A stretch of 50,937 nucleotides of DNA from assembly GCF_001194135.2 (NCBI RefSeq), contig NC_068981.1, forward strand, positions 79,109,775-79,160,711. The letters run 5' to 3'. This DNA comes from Octopus bimaculoides. Its lineage: Eukaryota. Made by a program: the position numbers and the translations under genes. Under the pieces are notes generated by a model. That model searched no databases, was not told where the DNA came from, and worked only from the letters and a program-made list of their open reading frames with translations. Positions 21,496-33,270 of this stretch are shown one piece after another; within the stretch, counting starts at the first letter, position 1, and each line of letters starts with the position of its first letter.

Positions 21496-21739
21496 ATATT
21501 CACACATATATATATATATATATATAATACTTAAGCAAAAATGTTCTTAACAGAAAGACAGATATGAAGAACTTTCTTAACATTCTGCAAGATGAAAAAG
21601 TCATAAATCTATAAATAAATTCTATCAGAAAAATGCAACATTCTTTATTAATAAAAAAAAATTGTATCATTAAAACTTCGATTTAAATATATTTATATTT
21701 ATATGTGCATTTGTATGTATACGCATATATAATATGAAT

Positions 21740-21741
<2 letters not shown>

Positions 21742-21834
<93 letters not shown>
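21742..21834. repeat. (TG)n microsatellite
   Basis: Direct reading. Confidence 0.95.
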
Positions 21835-21838
<4 letters not shown>

Positions 21839-23151
21839 TTTATTATTATATTGTATTATATTTCCTATAAACCGGATATTTAATGACACCGATATAATCA
21901 GTGTCCCATTTTAGGCTGGCTGACGGGTAATCTTTTATCAAATTATGAACATATTACAGTATGTGCGGTGCGATACATACAAATGTATGTATACGCACAC
22001 GTACATGCACCTCGCCACTCATGTATTTATTTATAGAGCGGAAATTTTTAATGACAGAAACAAAACTACATATATATGCGTATGTATCTATATTTATACA
22101 GATTCGTAAATACCCGGGTTAAGCAACTTAGATAGTGTTTAATTTAGATACTCATTGGTGTATCACACTTAATTCATATACACTGTTGATAAACTAGTTA
22201 TAGCGGTAATTTTCCTAAGATAAAATCTCTTATGGACGTGCTGTGTGAAAAACAATACATATCAGACGAAGACGAAAATTTATCCCAGCTAGCGAGAACG
22301 CCAGATGCATTTCCATTTTCTTGTGCTTTTCCAGAGGCGAGTACTTGTAGAGAAATTCGTCGCCTTTAGGATGCATTAAGTATGGGACATAGATGCTTCA
22401 GTTGCATCTCTATCTGATATTTATTGCGCTTTTAGCACAGCTCATCCATACGAGATGATATCTCAGGATAAATACTGCAGTAATACGTGTGCATGTTTGT
22501 GTGTGTGTATGTGTGTATGTGAGCGCATATGTACGTTTGTGTGTGTATATATACATATATATATATAATAATAAAACAAACGAAGGGAAAAGCAATTCCT
22601 TCAAAGGGATGTAAAATATCCGATTCTCACTGGTACAACAGTTGGATATCACAGATAAAAGGGTATAATTACAATATACAAATATAAAATGAAATAGAGA
22701 AATACAAATGACAAACTAAAAATTTATTTACATTATAATCTATAATATAATATACTTTAAAAAATATAATATAACAGAACATAACAAATTTTTAAAAAAC
22801 ACATATAAAGCCAACAATTTGTTTCGACTCATATACATTAGTGAATTATAAAAAAATTCCCTTCTATGTATACAAGCCTCTTCAGGGCTTTGATAAAAAA
22901 AAAAAAAAAAAAAAAAACAGACGAAATTCCATGTAAGGGCTGCCAAATTGCAAAAATATTAATTTAAAAAATGCTTATATTTATAAGCGTGAGCGTTAAT
23001 AATTCAAATGCATAATAAATACAATAAAAAGAACAACAAAATTCAAATGGATAAAATAATTAATAAAGAAAATTTACAATGGTCATAAAATGTTCTTAAG
23101 GATCTCCAATAATATTTGTTTCGACTCATATACACTAATGAATTTATAAAA

Positions 23152-24880
23152 ACTAGGATCAGTGAGCTACTGAATGACCAGTTCAAAAGTATCTTTACCA
23201 CCCCGTTCGAACACAGACAAGTGAACATTGGTGAAGAAGATATTATTCTAGCCATGGATGAGGTGGACGCAAACTCAACTGCTGGCCCTGATGGTTTCCC
23301 ACTAATCCTCTTCAAATCGTGTAAACGTGCCCAGGCGAAACCACTAGATTCTCTTCTAGAGTTTTCTTGCAAATGGCAAGTTGCCACGCTAACTAAAAGA
23401 GGGAATAATATGCCCAATCCATAAAGGAGGAAGGGAAGATGCCAAAAATTATAGGCTTGTCTCTCTGACTTCACACATCAGCAAAGTCATGGAACGAATA
23501 GTCAGAGGGAAACTAATAGCATTCCTTGAAGAAAACGACTTGTTGAGTGATACCCAACATGGTTTTCGACCAGGTAGGAGCTGCTTGACCCAACTCCTAC
23601 AGAACTATGACTGGGTGTTGAGGCAATTAGTCGACAACTCAAATGTGACGTAATATACATTGACCTTGCAAAAGCTTTTGATAAAGTTGATCTTGGTATG
23701 ATATGCCACAAACTGCGTGATCCTGGCATAGCTGGAAGTCAGGCAGTGGTGGACAATAGAGCCACATCAAAGAAAACACAAATAGTGAGTGGTGTTCCAC
23801 AGGGCACTGTTTTGGGACAATTGCTTTTCATAGTGACCCTCTCAGATATACCCTCAGCTGCCCGGATGATCACCCTTCCTAGCTACGCAGACGATACGAA
23901 AGTCTCACAGACAATACAAGATCCTTGCCATGTTGCACGCCTTAATTTACAGATGCGCTGAGGAAAATATTATGCAGTTTAATGCTGGAAAATGTCAAGC
24001 CCTGCGCTACCAGCGCCCAAAACTGAACGTAAAACTTACAGGGTACACTGGCCCACAGTGGATTACAATCCCAGAACCGAAATCATGTATCGACATGAGT
24101 GATGATACCTCTTTCCAAGTGCACATTACCAAGATGGCGACAAAATGCAGACCGCTAGCTCGATGGATCCTGAGAACCTTCAGAACCAGAGAGAAGGAAA
24201 CTATGATGGTCCTCTGGAGGACATTCGTCCTCAGCCGCCTGCACTACTGCTCCCAACTATGGTCACTCCACAGTGTAAAATTAACAGCGGACCTTGAAGC
24301 AATACAGTGAAGCTTCACAAAGAAGATCGTCTTATTGCAACGGCCCAGATACTAGGAAAGGCTGAAACAGCTAAGACTCCCGCATAGACGGGAGAGATAT
24401 GCAGTAATATACATATGGGAAATCCTGGAAGAGATTATGCCAAATTTTGGCATTGAAAGCCACACAAATGCTAAGAACGGGTCGCCACTGCACGGTACCA
24501 AAGAGCTCAGTAATGCCGTTGCGCTTCAGGACCAGTTACTGCAACAGCCTGGGTTTCAGAAGCCCACAGCTTTTTAATTTTCTCCCAGTAATCCTCTTCA
24601 AATTGTGTAAACGTGCCCAGGCGAAACCACTACAGATTCTCTCCTGTAGAGGGACCTACACGAAGTGGATGTAGGAGTTTTCAAATCAAGACTGAATCTC
24701 TTCCTGTCGAGAGTCTCAGATGAACCTATCTCGCAGCAGGAGGTGCAAATCAGGGCAGCGATATCAAACTCCCTTGTTTACCAAATGTCACATATCAGAG
24801 GAGGCTTTCACTGATAGCAGTGTAGCAAAACGGTGGTGCCCCAGCATGGCTACAGCTTTGAGCTGGAACTGATAAATAAA
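23152..24880 (+). mobile_element. CR1-clade LINE, 5'-truncated RT through 3' end, decayed
   Basis: AGPDG; NYRLVSLTSHISKVMERIV; QHGFRPGRSCLTQL; GVPQGTVLG; YADDTK; FNAGKC; YCSQLWS; 3' tail at 24831-24880. Confidence 0.9.
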
Positions 24881-25869
24881 TTTTTAAAAAAAGGGCCTTG
24901 GTTAAAAAAAAAAAACACGAAATTCCATGTAAAGACTGCCAAATTTCAAAAATACTGATTCAAAAAATACCTTTGTTTAGAAGCATTAGCGTTAATAATT
25001 CAAATACATAATAAATACAATAAAAAAACAGCAAAATTCAAATGGATACAATAATTAGGTAAAGAAAATTTACAACGGTCATAAAATGTTCTTATGGATC
25101 TCCAATAGTTATTAATCGGAAAGTATTTTAATCGAAAATAATCACTGGCCATTTCTTAATATATCAATACCTATAAAATATGTAATATATTAAAAAAATA
25201 TGGTGGAGTAGGAAATATATTTTATTTAAAATTACTATATATTATGATGAAAAAAGATAAATAATAAAGATATCTTTAATTCTGTCACTAAATTCAATAA
25301 AAAATATCTTATTTGATAATTCATTCACTCAATATTTTCCTACCAAATACGCTGATGTTAAACATCTGTATAAAGTTACGGTTATTATAAAACCATACTA
25401 TTTTTTACATAATAATGATAGTAATATATGAATAAATAAAGTATCAGAGTTTTATTTAGTTTTACAGAAGGAAATAAATTATGTTAATCCAATATTTTTA
25501 TTTTATAAATTTATATGCGTATACACGTTATGACAATAAATATTCATACATGGATAATTGTTCAAAAAGATATATGATTATGTATAATGATAATATATAA
25601 TAACTACTCTTATTTATTCTTACTGATATAAACATTATTCTAAGTAACTAACAAGTAAAAAATACAAATTTACTTAGTTTTTCAGAGGAAATATCTCCGT
25701 AAATAAAATAAACAAAAACATATAACTACGATAATTAAGATATATATTATTTCTTAGATAAAGAGAAAATAAACTATAAACTTATTTTGTTGTTTTTACA
25801 TGAATCGTTACCCCATTATTGCCCCACTTTTTACTTGAATCGGTACCCCAGTGGATTTCTTTGCCGCCT

Positions 25870-26333
25870 CAACTATAACCAGTGAGGCAGTTACGATGGA
25901 TTACACCGACATTGGTGAAAAAGATATAATACTAGCCATAGATGAGGTGGTTACAAACTCAATTGCTGGCTCTGATGGTTTCCCAGTAATCCTCTTCAAA
26001 TCGTGTAAACGTGCCTTGGCGAAACCACTACAGATTATCTCCTGGAGTATTCTTGCAAATGGCAAGCTGTCACGCTAACTAAAAGAGGGAATAATATGCC
26101 CAATCCATAAAGGAAGAAGCAGAGCAGATACCAAAAACTATAGGCCTATCTCTCTGACTTCACACATCAGCAAAGTCATAGAAACGAATAGTCAGAGGGT
26201 ACTAATCGCATTCCTTGAAGAAAACGACTTGCTGAGTGATACCCAGCAGGTAGGAGCTGCCTGACCCAGCTCCTACGGCACTATGACTGGGTGTTGAGGC
26301 AGTTACTTGACAACTCAAATGTGGACGTAATAT
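25870..26333 (+). mobile_element. CR1-clade RT fragment, paralogous to about 23225-23660
   Basis: IGEKDIILAIDEV..AGSDGFPVILFKSCK; NYRPISLTSHISKVI; colinear with the first copy. Confidence 0.85.
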
Positions 26334-27016
26334 AGAAAAATTATCATATATAATTATATTTTTTGAATAATTATACAGATATGTATATTTATTGAGGTAC
26401 CTATTTAGTTTAATATATTTCATCATATGATGTCCTTTCGAGCTTGTACACATATAATAATTTATAGAATAATATAACTATTCCTTACTCTAATTTAGTT
26501 CCTTCTGTTAAGTTTATTTGTGAAATGCAGTTGCTTTGAATTTGCTTCAGAAAGTGGTCTATCTTTGTGATGGTTAGTCGGGGTGACGGCGCTAGGACTG
26601 TCCAGAAGAAGTTTGGGATCCGCTAACAGTTAGCGGATGTAACGAAGCCAAGATCGGTGGGGAAGCGTTTTGAAATTACTCCCGCAGTTCACCCGCCAAT
26701 GTTCCGACTCGTTCATTTTATGTGCGACAGGGAGGGGACCGGCTGGGGCAGATTAAATCTCTTGGCGTATAGCACACACCCTCACACAGAGACACTCATG
26801 CTGGATGAGGCCCTGTTTCTTAGGGGGTTCGGCGAACCTTTGATTCGGTGGCGAAAGAACGTTGGACTTATTCCCGCCGTTTACCCGCCAATATTTCGAC
26901 CCATTCATTCTGATGTCGAGCGACAGGGAAGGGACCGGCTCGAGCAGAGGAAATCATTTTGGTGCATAACACACAGACACACACACTCATTATGGTTGAG
27001 GCCCTGTTTGTTGGCG

Positions 27017-27496
27017 CTGTGGTTCCCAAAGTGGGTGGTATTGTCCCCCCCCGGGGGGGGGGGGGCAGTGAAAATCTCCAAGGGGGCGTTGAAAAATTTG
27101 GGAAGATAATGGGATTACGATTCATGTAAAAGCAACAAATTAATGAGTTCATAAGGTTAAATATTATTTTCTACTCTAGAAACAAGGCCCGAAATTTTAG
27201 AGAGGGGTGGGGCAGTCGATTAGATCGACTCCAGTACGGAGCTGGTACTTAATTTATCGACCCCGAAAGGGCGAAAGGCAAAGTCGACTGAATTTGAACT
27301 CAGTACGTGAGGACAAACGAAATGCTGCTAAGCATTTCGCCCGGCGTGCTAACGTTTCTGCCAGCTCGCTGCCTTGACCAAAAGGCTAAATATTATTTGT
27401 GAAATACAGTTCCTTTGAATTTGCTTCAGAAAGTGGTCTATCTTTGTGATGGTTAATTGGGGGTGGGGGCACTTAGAAAAAGTTTGGGAACCACTG
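27017..27496. mobile_element. hAT-like MITE interrupted by a SINE
   Basis: Termini ctgtggttcccaaa / tttgggaaccactg (13/14 inverted match); no 8-bp TSD seen. Confidence 0.55.
27167..27373 (-). mobile_element. SINE family A nested in the MITE
   Basis: Full head-to-tail match to 18801-19011. Confidence 0.9.
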
Positions 27497-27583
27497 TTGT
27501 ACAGCAATGTGTGCTGCCTGGTTTGGCTTAGCATAATCTTAGCATAATCTCTAATTCGGCGTTTTCCAAAATTTTCCTCTTAG

Positions 27584-27778
27584 ACAGCAGCCATGCTGGG
27601 GCACCGCCATGAAGAATTTTTAGTTGAATGAATCAACTTCAGTACTTATTTGTTTTTAAAACCTGTTACTTATTCTATAGGATTTTTTTCGCTAAGTTAC
27701 AGGGACGTAAACACACCAACACCGGTTGTCAAGCGGTGATGGAGGACAAACACAGACACAAACGCGTGCGCGTGCACT

Positions 27779-27812
<34 letters not shown>

Positions 27813-27930
27813 CGACGGGCTTCTATCATTTTCCATCTACCAAATCTATTCACAAGGCTATTGTGGAAGACACTTGCCCAAGGTGTCACGCAATGGAACT
27901 GAACCTGGAACCATGTGATTGGCAAGCGAT
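27584..27930 (-). mobile_element. SINE family B
   Basis: Minus strand: tRNA-like head ggttccaggttcagttcc, CORE-like ccttgggcaagtgtcttc, internal (TG)n, tail ggcggtgccccagcatggc. Confidence 0.85.
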
Positions 27931-28039
27931 CGAGTTTCGGGTTTATATATATGAATGTGTGTGTGTGTGTATGTGTGCACGCGCGTGTATATGAGAGATA
28001 GATAGAATGTGAAAGTGAGTGAGAGAGAGAGAGGGAGAA

Positions 28040-28084
<45 letters not shown>

Positions 28085-28711
28085 TGTGATGCATATATAT
28101 ATATATATTAACATTCACAGTGCCATTATATCATGTTTAAAGATATATTTTTCATGTCTCCGGATAAATTTACATGACCTTTGAAAGCCTAAAATTAGAA
28201 CAGAACTGGCTTATTACGTCTTTCACCAAAACTTCATCAGAGATGGCTTTCGTTACTTTCCAACTACTGGAGTTAAGAAGTATATAGATTCTTGTAGCAA
28301 TGTAAACAAAATATAACAAATGACTCGGAAGTTATTAATTTGTGATAATCAACGTAGTACATTTTACTTATCATTTATTTTGTTTTACTGTAACTTATTT
28401 GTTTTTTTTCTTTTTTCTTTTTTCTTCCTTTTTTTGCTTTTGTACTTTTCTATGTATTTCTTCGACAACTGAAAGGAGAGCTAAGCAGTCCTTAATGAGT
28501 TTTTAGTGAAAGGTGAAAAGATCTGGTTCTTTTCTCATTTACACTACTGATGTTGTTATCGCTTATTAACGAGTGTTAATTTCCCAGTAGCTCTGTGGTT
28601 TTGCATTTTAGAAGTCATTATAGCGTTGATTCGTTCAGACAGCAGTTCGTTTACTTAGTGTATTGAGGACATTGCAAGAGTAAAAGGAAGAAAAAAGAAT
28701 TAAAGAAAGAA

Positions 28712-28713
<2 letters not shown>

Positions 28714-28781
<68 letters not shown>
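28714..28781. repeat. (GA)n microsatellite
   Basis: Direct reading. Confidence 0.95.
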
Positions 28782-28784
<3 letters not shown>

Positions 28785-29142
28785 GGGAGCAGACTGTCAT
28801 TAGTTGTAAAAACGATTTATGAATTTATAATTGGATTCAGTAACAGTACAAAAATGAAACAGCTTTCCCACAGACGTAGGTTATTTCCTGCATGGATGCG
28901 TTTTTGAACAATTAAGATAGTTCCTTGAGAGAACGATTTACTACCAAATAACGCAGCTATATGGTTATGTTATATTCTACAGCAATGCGTGCTTAGTTTG
29001 GCTAAGCATAATCTCTAATTCGGCGTTGCTCAAAAGTTTTACTCTTAAGGAACCTTTAAAAAAATTTCATGTCCCAGGGAACTGTTACATAAAAATATTA
29101 TACATATATACTACATGCATACGTATATACTACATGCATCCT

Positions 29143-29515
29143 ATGATCCCACTACGTCGCCCCATGAGCAAGTGACTTCTACTATAGCCTCGGGTTGACC
29201 AAAAATCTCGTGAGTGGTTTTGGTTGACGGAAACTGAAAAAAAAAGCCCATCGTATATACATGTATATATTTATGTGTGTGTATATTTGTGTCTGTGTTT
29301 GTTCCCCACCCACCACCACATCACCGCTTGGAATCCGGTGTTGGTGTGTTTACGTCCCCGTAACTTAGCGGTTCAGCCAAAGAAAATGATAGAATGAGTA
29401 CTAGGCTTAAAAAAAATAAGCCCTGCAGTCAATTTGTTCGACTAAAACCTCTGAAGGCGGTGCTCCAGCATAGCCGCAGTCAAATACCTGAAACAAGTAA
29501 AAGAATAAAAGAGTA
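29143..29515 (+). mobile_element. SINE family B
   Basis: Colinear with the reverse complement of 27584-27930. Confidence 0.85.
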
Positions 29516-29625
29516 CATACAAGAGGAAAGGAGGAGGTGTTGGGCTGTATACAGTAACCCGCTACCCACATAAATCCTACCAGGAATATGACCGAATCTG
29601 AGTTAAACCAATAATAATAACAATA

Positions 29626-29741
29626 AATGCCCGGATGCAGTACCAGGCAGTGACAATGCCCGGATGCAGCACCAGGTAGTGACAATACCCGGATGCAGTA
29701 CCAGGAAGTGACAATGCCCGGATGCAGTACCAGGCAGTGGC
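29626..29741 (+). repeat. Four tandem 29-nt units (aatgcccggatgcagtaccaggcagtgac)
   Basis: Units start at 29626, 29655, 29684, 29713; 1-2 substitutions each; no spacers. Confidence 0.95.
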
Positions 29742-30226
29742 TCTCATGGCTTCTGATCTTAATTGATTGGAAGTGTTATCATGTACATTGTTTTGTCTTG
29801 GTATAAAGAGATGGGCTACAGCAAATATTCTGCTCAATACCACAGATTTGCTTGTCAGTTGTCTGACCTTAATCAGTTGAGCATGTCCCTTGGTGGCTGA
29901 TGATATGTGCATCTCTGATCATGAGCAGAAGTAGTGGGGGAGCATCATAGCCATGTGTTGAGAGGAATTCTTTGGGGTTTGAATAATTCACCTCTGGAAA
30001 CATGGGTATTTCGTTCGATATCCTCAAACAACCTTTATTCAAGGACCTTTTGAGCGGGATGGGCTACTCGACCTGAAGAAAATTCTAACTGGGCCCCACT
30101 TGCGAGGTCATGCGCTGTTTATCCTGATATGAGATCACCATGTCGCGCACATATGGTTGTGATGCATGTACCTGGTGTACCCTTATTAGACGGGTAGTCA
30201 TGATGGGTATAATGGGCTTCGTATAT
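29626..30226 (+). mobile_element. Second copy of the 560-bp element, running into a gap
   Basis: Colinear with 7070-7590. Confidence 0.75.
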
Positions 30227-30497
30227 NNNNNNNNNNNNNNNNNNNNNNNNNNNNNNNNNNNNNNNNNNNNNNNNNNNNNNNNNNNNNNNNNNNNNNNNNN
30301 NNNNNNNNNNNNNNNNNNNNNNNNNNNNNNNNNNNNNNNNNNNNNNNNNNNNNNNNNNNNNNNNNNNNNNNNNNNNNNNNNNNNNNNNNNNNNNNNNNNN
30401 NNNNNNNNNNNNNNNNNNNNNNNNNNNNNNNNNNNNNNNNNNNNNNNNNNNNNNNNNNNNNNNNNNNNNNNNNNNNNNNNNNNNNNNNNNNNNNNNN

Positions 30498-30767
30498 AAC
30501 CCCAAAATGGCTGAAGTTCAAAAGATAGTGCTCATGGGAACTGCCCATATCCTACGTAAAATACTATCTATGTGATCTCAAATTTTAAAGCAAACACATA
30601 ATTTTCTTATGGTTTCTTAAACATTCACTTGAATAAAACTGTACAAATCCAAATATATGGTACCCTAGGCATAACACCTACAGGAACTTCTAACTTGTTG
30701 TCTCTTGAGGTCTCTGGGTGAGACTTGGATCCAACTTGTACAAATGCAAAACAAAAGTCAAACATAA

Positions 30768-30770
<3 letters not shown>
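30498..30770 (+). mobile_element. R4/Dong-clade 3' end plus UTR
   Basis: PKMAEVQKIVLMGTAHILRKILSM*; same family as 50438-50793; ends in (AAT)n. Confidence 0.8.
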
Positions 30771-30802
<32 letters not shown>

Positions 30803-30804
<2 letters not shown>

Positions 30805-31075
30805 GCAAAGTACCAGGACCTAGTTATTGAATTACAGAGACTATGGAAAATGCGGGTAAAATGCATTCCAGTAGTTATAGGTGTATTGGGAAACATTCCT
30901 AGAGATCTGAACTGGTGGATAGAGGAAACAGGCATAAAACCCAGTTTAGTGCAGCTCCACAAAACAGTGCCATTAGGGACAGCTAGGAATCTTAGGAGAG
31001 TTCTTGACATCTAAGGCTACTTGTAGCCCGATGTTAGGATTTTTTTCTTTTCCAACAGTTTAATCTGTTGTGTGT
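30803..31075 (+). mobile_element. R4/Dong-clade 3' end
   Basis: KYQDLVIELQRLWKMRVKCIPVVIGVLG...LHKTVPLGTARNLRRVLDI*; between (AAT)n and (GAT)n. Confidence 0.85.
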
Positions 31076-31076
31076 C

Positions 31077-31114
<38 letters not shown>

Positions 31115-31149
31115 AACAATAACAACAACAACAATAATATCATCACTTT

Positions 31150-31910
31150 ACTTCTCAGAACGTTCGGTCTTGTTTGTTCTGGTAGATTCTGAGGACGGAC
31201 AGCAGCCTGCTGTCAGAGATCTCCCAGGGTCTTTTTCCGCACATTATAAGCTTTGATACTTGTTAATCATCGTGGGAGGTATTCAACATTCAAGTACCAA
31301 TCCCAAAATCCTAGCTGTCCCCAACAGAGCAATTTTGGGGGCTTGCTCTGCTCTCATGCGAATTCCGATTTCTTTGACATATTTCTCGAACTCGGTTGTT
31401 AGTGCTCCGAGGGTCCCGACAACTAATGGAATGACAGACACTATCCTCATGGTCCACATTCTTGCAGTTTCGTCTTTTAGTTGTCTGTACTTCTCAATCT
31501 TCTCTAGTTCTTTGTCATTTATGCATTCATCTCCAGTTATTGCAATATCTGTGATCTTGGTTTCTTATTATCCTTTATCTACCATAACAATATCTGGTCT
31601 CCGAGTCTCGATTAGGGAGTCACATTGGATTGTAAAATCCCATAGTATCTTATGTTCCTTGTTCTCGGTGACTCCTGGTTCATGTTCATATCATTTCCGT
31701 GCTCTGTTCAGGCCGTACTTTTCACATAGCCTCCAGTGGACGAACTTAGCCACATTATCGTGCCTCCTTTTGTAGTGCTTTTGGGCCAGTTGCTACACTC
31801 ATTCACAATATGTGAAATTATTTCATTTCTGTTGCTACATGTCCTACTAAGGGGTGGTTCGCTACTCTTATCTATTTGGAACGTGGTGTAATTAGTTCTC
31901 AGAGCTTTAT
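31150..31910 (-). mobile_element. R4/Dong-clade zinc finger plus RLE plus 3' UTR
   Basis: CSNRNEIISHIVNEC; YEHEP; ILWDFTIQCD; RRPDIV; DIAITGD; IPLVVGTLG; IALLGTARIL. Confidence 0.85.
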
Positions 31911-31934
31911 TATTATAATTATTATTTAGCGCGA

Positions 31935-33270
31935 ATATTACGAATGGAATTTGGGCTAAGAAAGTGTAGTGTGTTGATTCAACATGTGGGTGGTGTGAAA
32001 TTTCCAACAGGAGAGGTAATGAAGAGAACAGACAAGGAAAGATACAAGTTTTTGAGCAAATTAGAAGTAGTTGAACTGATGGAACTGTTTATGAAAACTA
32101 AACTTCTGAGCAATGAATACATGTTCTCTTGAGATACGGAGTACGAGTGATAGGTTGGCGATCAGTGGAACTGAAATCTTTGGAGAAGAAAAGGAAGAAA
32201 CTACTGACAATACACGGTGTGTTCCACCTGAAAAGTGTTGTTGACAGGCTACACATTAAGAGAAGGAAAGGAGGTCAGAGACTGGTAAGTTGTGAGAACT
32301 ATATTCAGTCAGAGGACGACAATATTACTTGGTATATAAAGATTACAAAGGAAGCATTAATAGAATAAGTAAGAAAGGCGGGTTTATTACAAAGCAGTTA
32401 GAGTAAGATGAAATACAAAATTAAGACAGAAACGAAGGGGAAAAACACCTGTCAAGATAAGAAGAGGCACGGTCAGCTCTTGAGAGAGATACCAAGGAGC
32501 ACAGATCCAGATAAAGATGGTTGTGTTTACAAAAAAGTGACCTGAAACCTGAAAAAGAAGCCCTGATATGTGCAGTACGGAAACAAAATACATGAAGCAA
32601 AAGAATTGGCTATTCTGCAGAATCTGATAAATGCAGAACATGTGGTGAAAGGGGAATGACACTGTAGCATATTTTAAGCGAACGTAGCAAATTGGTCTCG
32701 AGAGAATACAAGGTAAGTCATAACAATGTCGCCAGAATGGTCACCTGAAAACTATGTAACAAGTTTGGATTGGAAAAGGTGAGAAGACGGTACGAACATG
32801 AGCCAGATGGTGTGATAAAAAATGAAAGAGCAAAGATATTTTCGGACTTTGTATTCCATTATGTATCGAAAACTCAATGTTGTGTTAGAAGACACAGAAG
32901 AAAAATCTTACCTAATCATAGACATTACGTACCCTGGGGAGAGTAGAATAGTCGAAAATAGAGGAAAATTGACGAGAAATGAAGCCCTGAAGAAAGAAAT
33001 CAAAAAGCTATGATCAATGAAAAAGGTATTTATTGTACCCTTAATTATTGGTGCTTTTAGTTCAGTGAGCAAAGAAATTTAAAAGTACTTGGAAAAGATT
33101 AACATAAAAAAAATGAAAATAGAGCACACACAAAACTGCATTACTTGGCAGTGCAAGGAATTTCCAGTAAGTTCTCGAGATTTGAAAAGAACATACCGCC
33201 TTTGTTCACTGGATGTGAACAGCTGGTACACTGATGACACCGCCAGCATCAAGCTGAGTATGTCAGATAT
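31935..33270 (+). mobile_element. R4/Dong-clade RT end, zinc finger and RLE, decayed
   Basis: MEFGLRKC; HLKSVVDRLHIKRRKGGQRL; CRTCGE; YEHEPDGV; LIIDITYPG; VPLIIGA. Confidence 0.85.

Noticed and set aside
25110-25800. Mitochondrial insertion (NUMT)
   Set aside because: AT-rich, but no recognisable mitochondrial protein, rRNA or tRNA motif even with TGA read as Trp
28215-28240. Minus-strand CTGATGA...GAAAG as a hammerhead
   Set aside because: No helix II pairing and no convincing helix I
29626-29741. CRISPR-like 29-nt repeats
   Set aside because: Units are contiguous with no spacers, there are no cas genes, and the context is a eukaryotic retroelement
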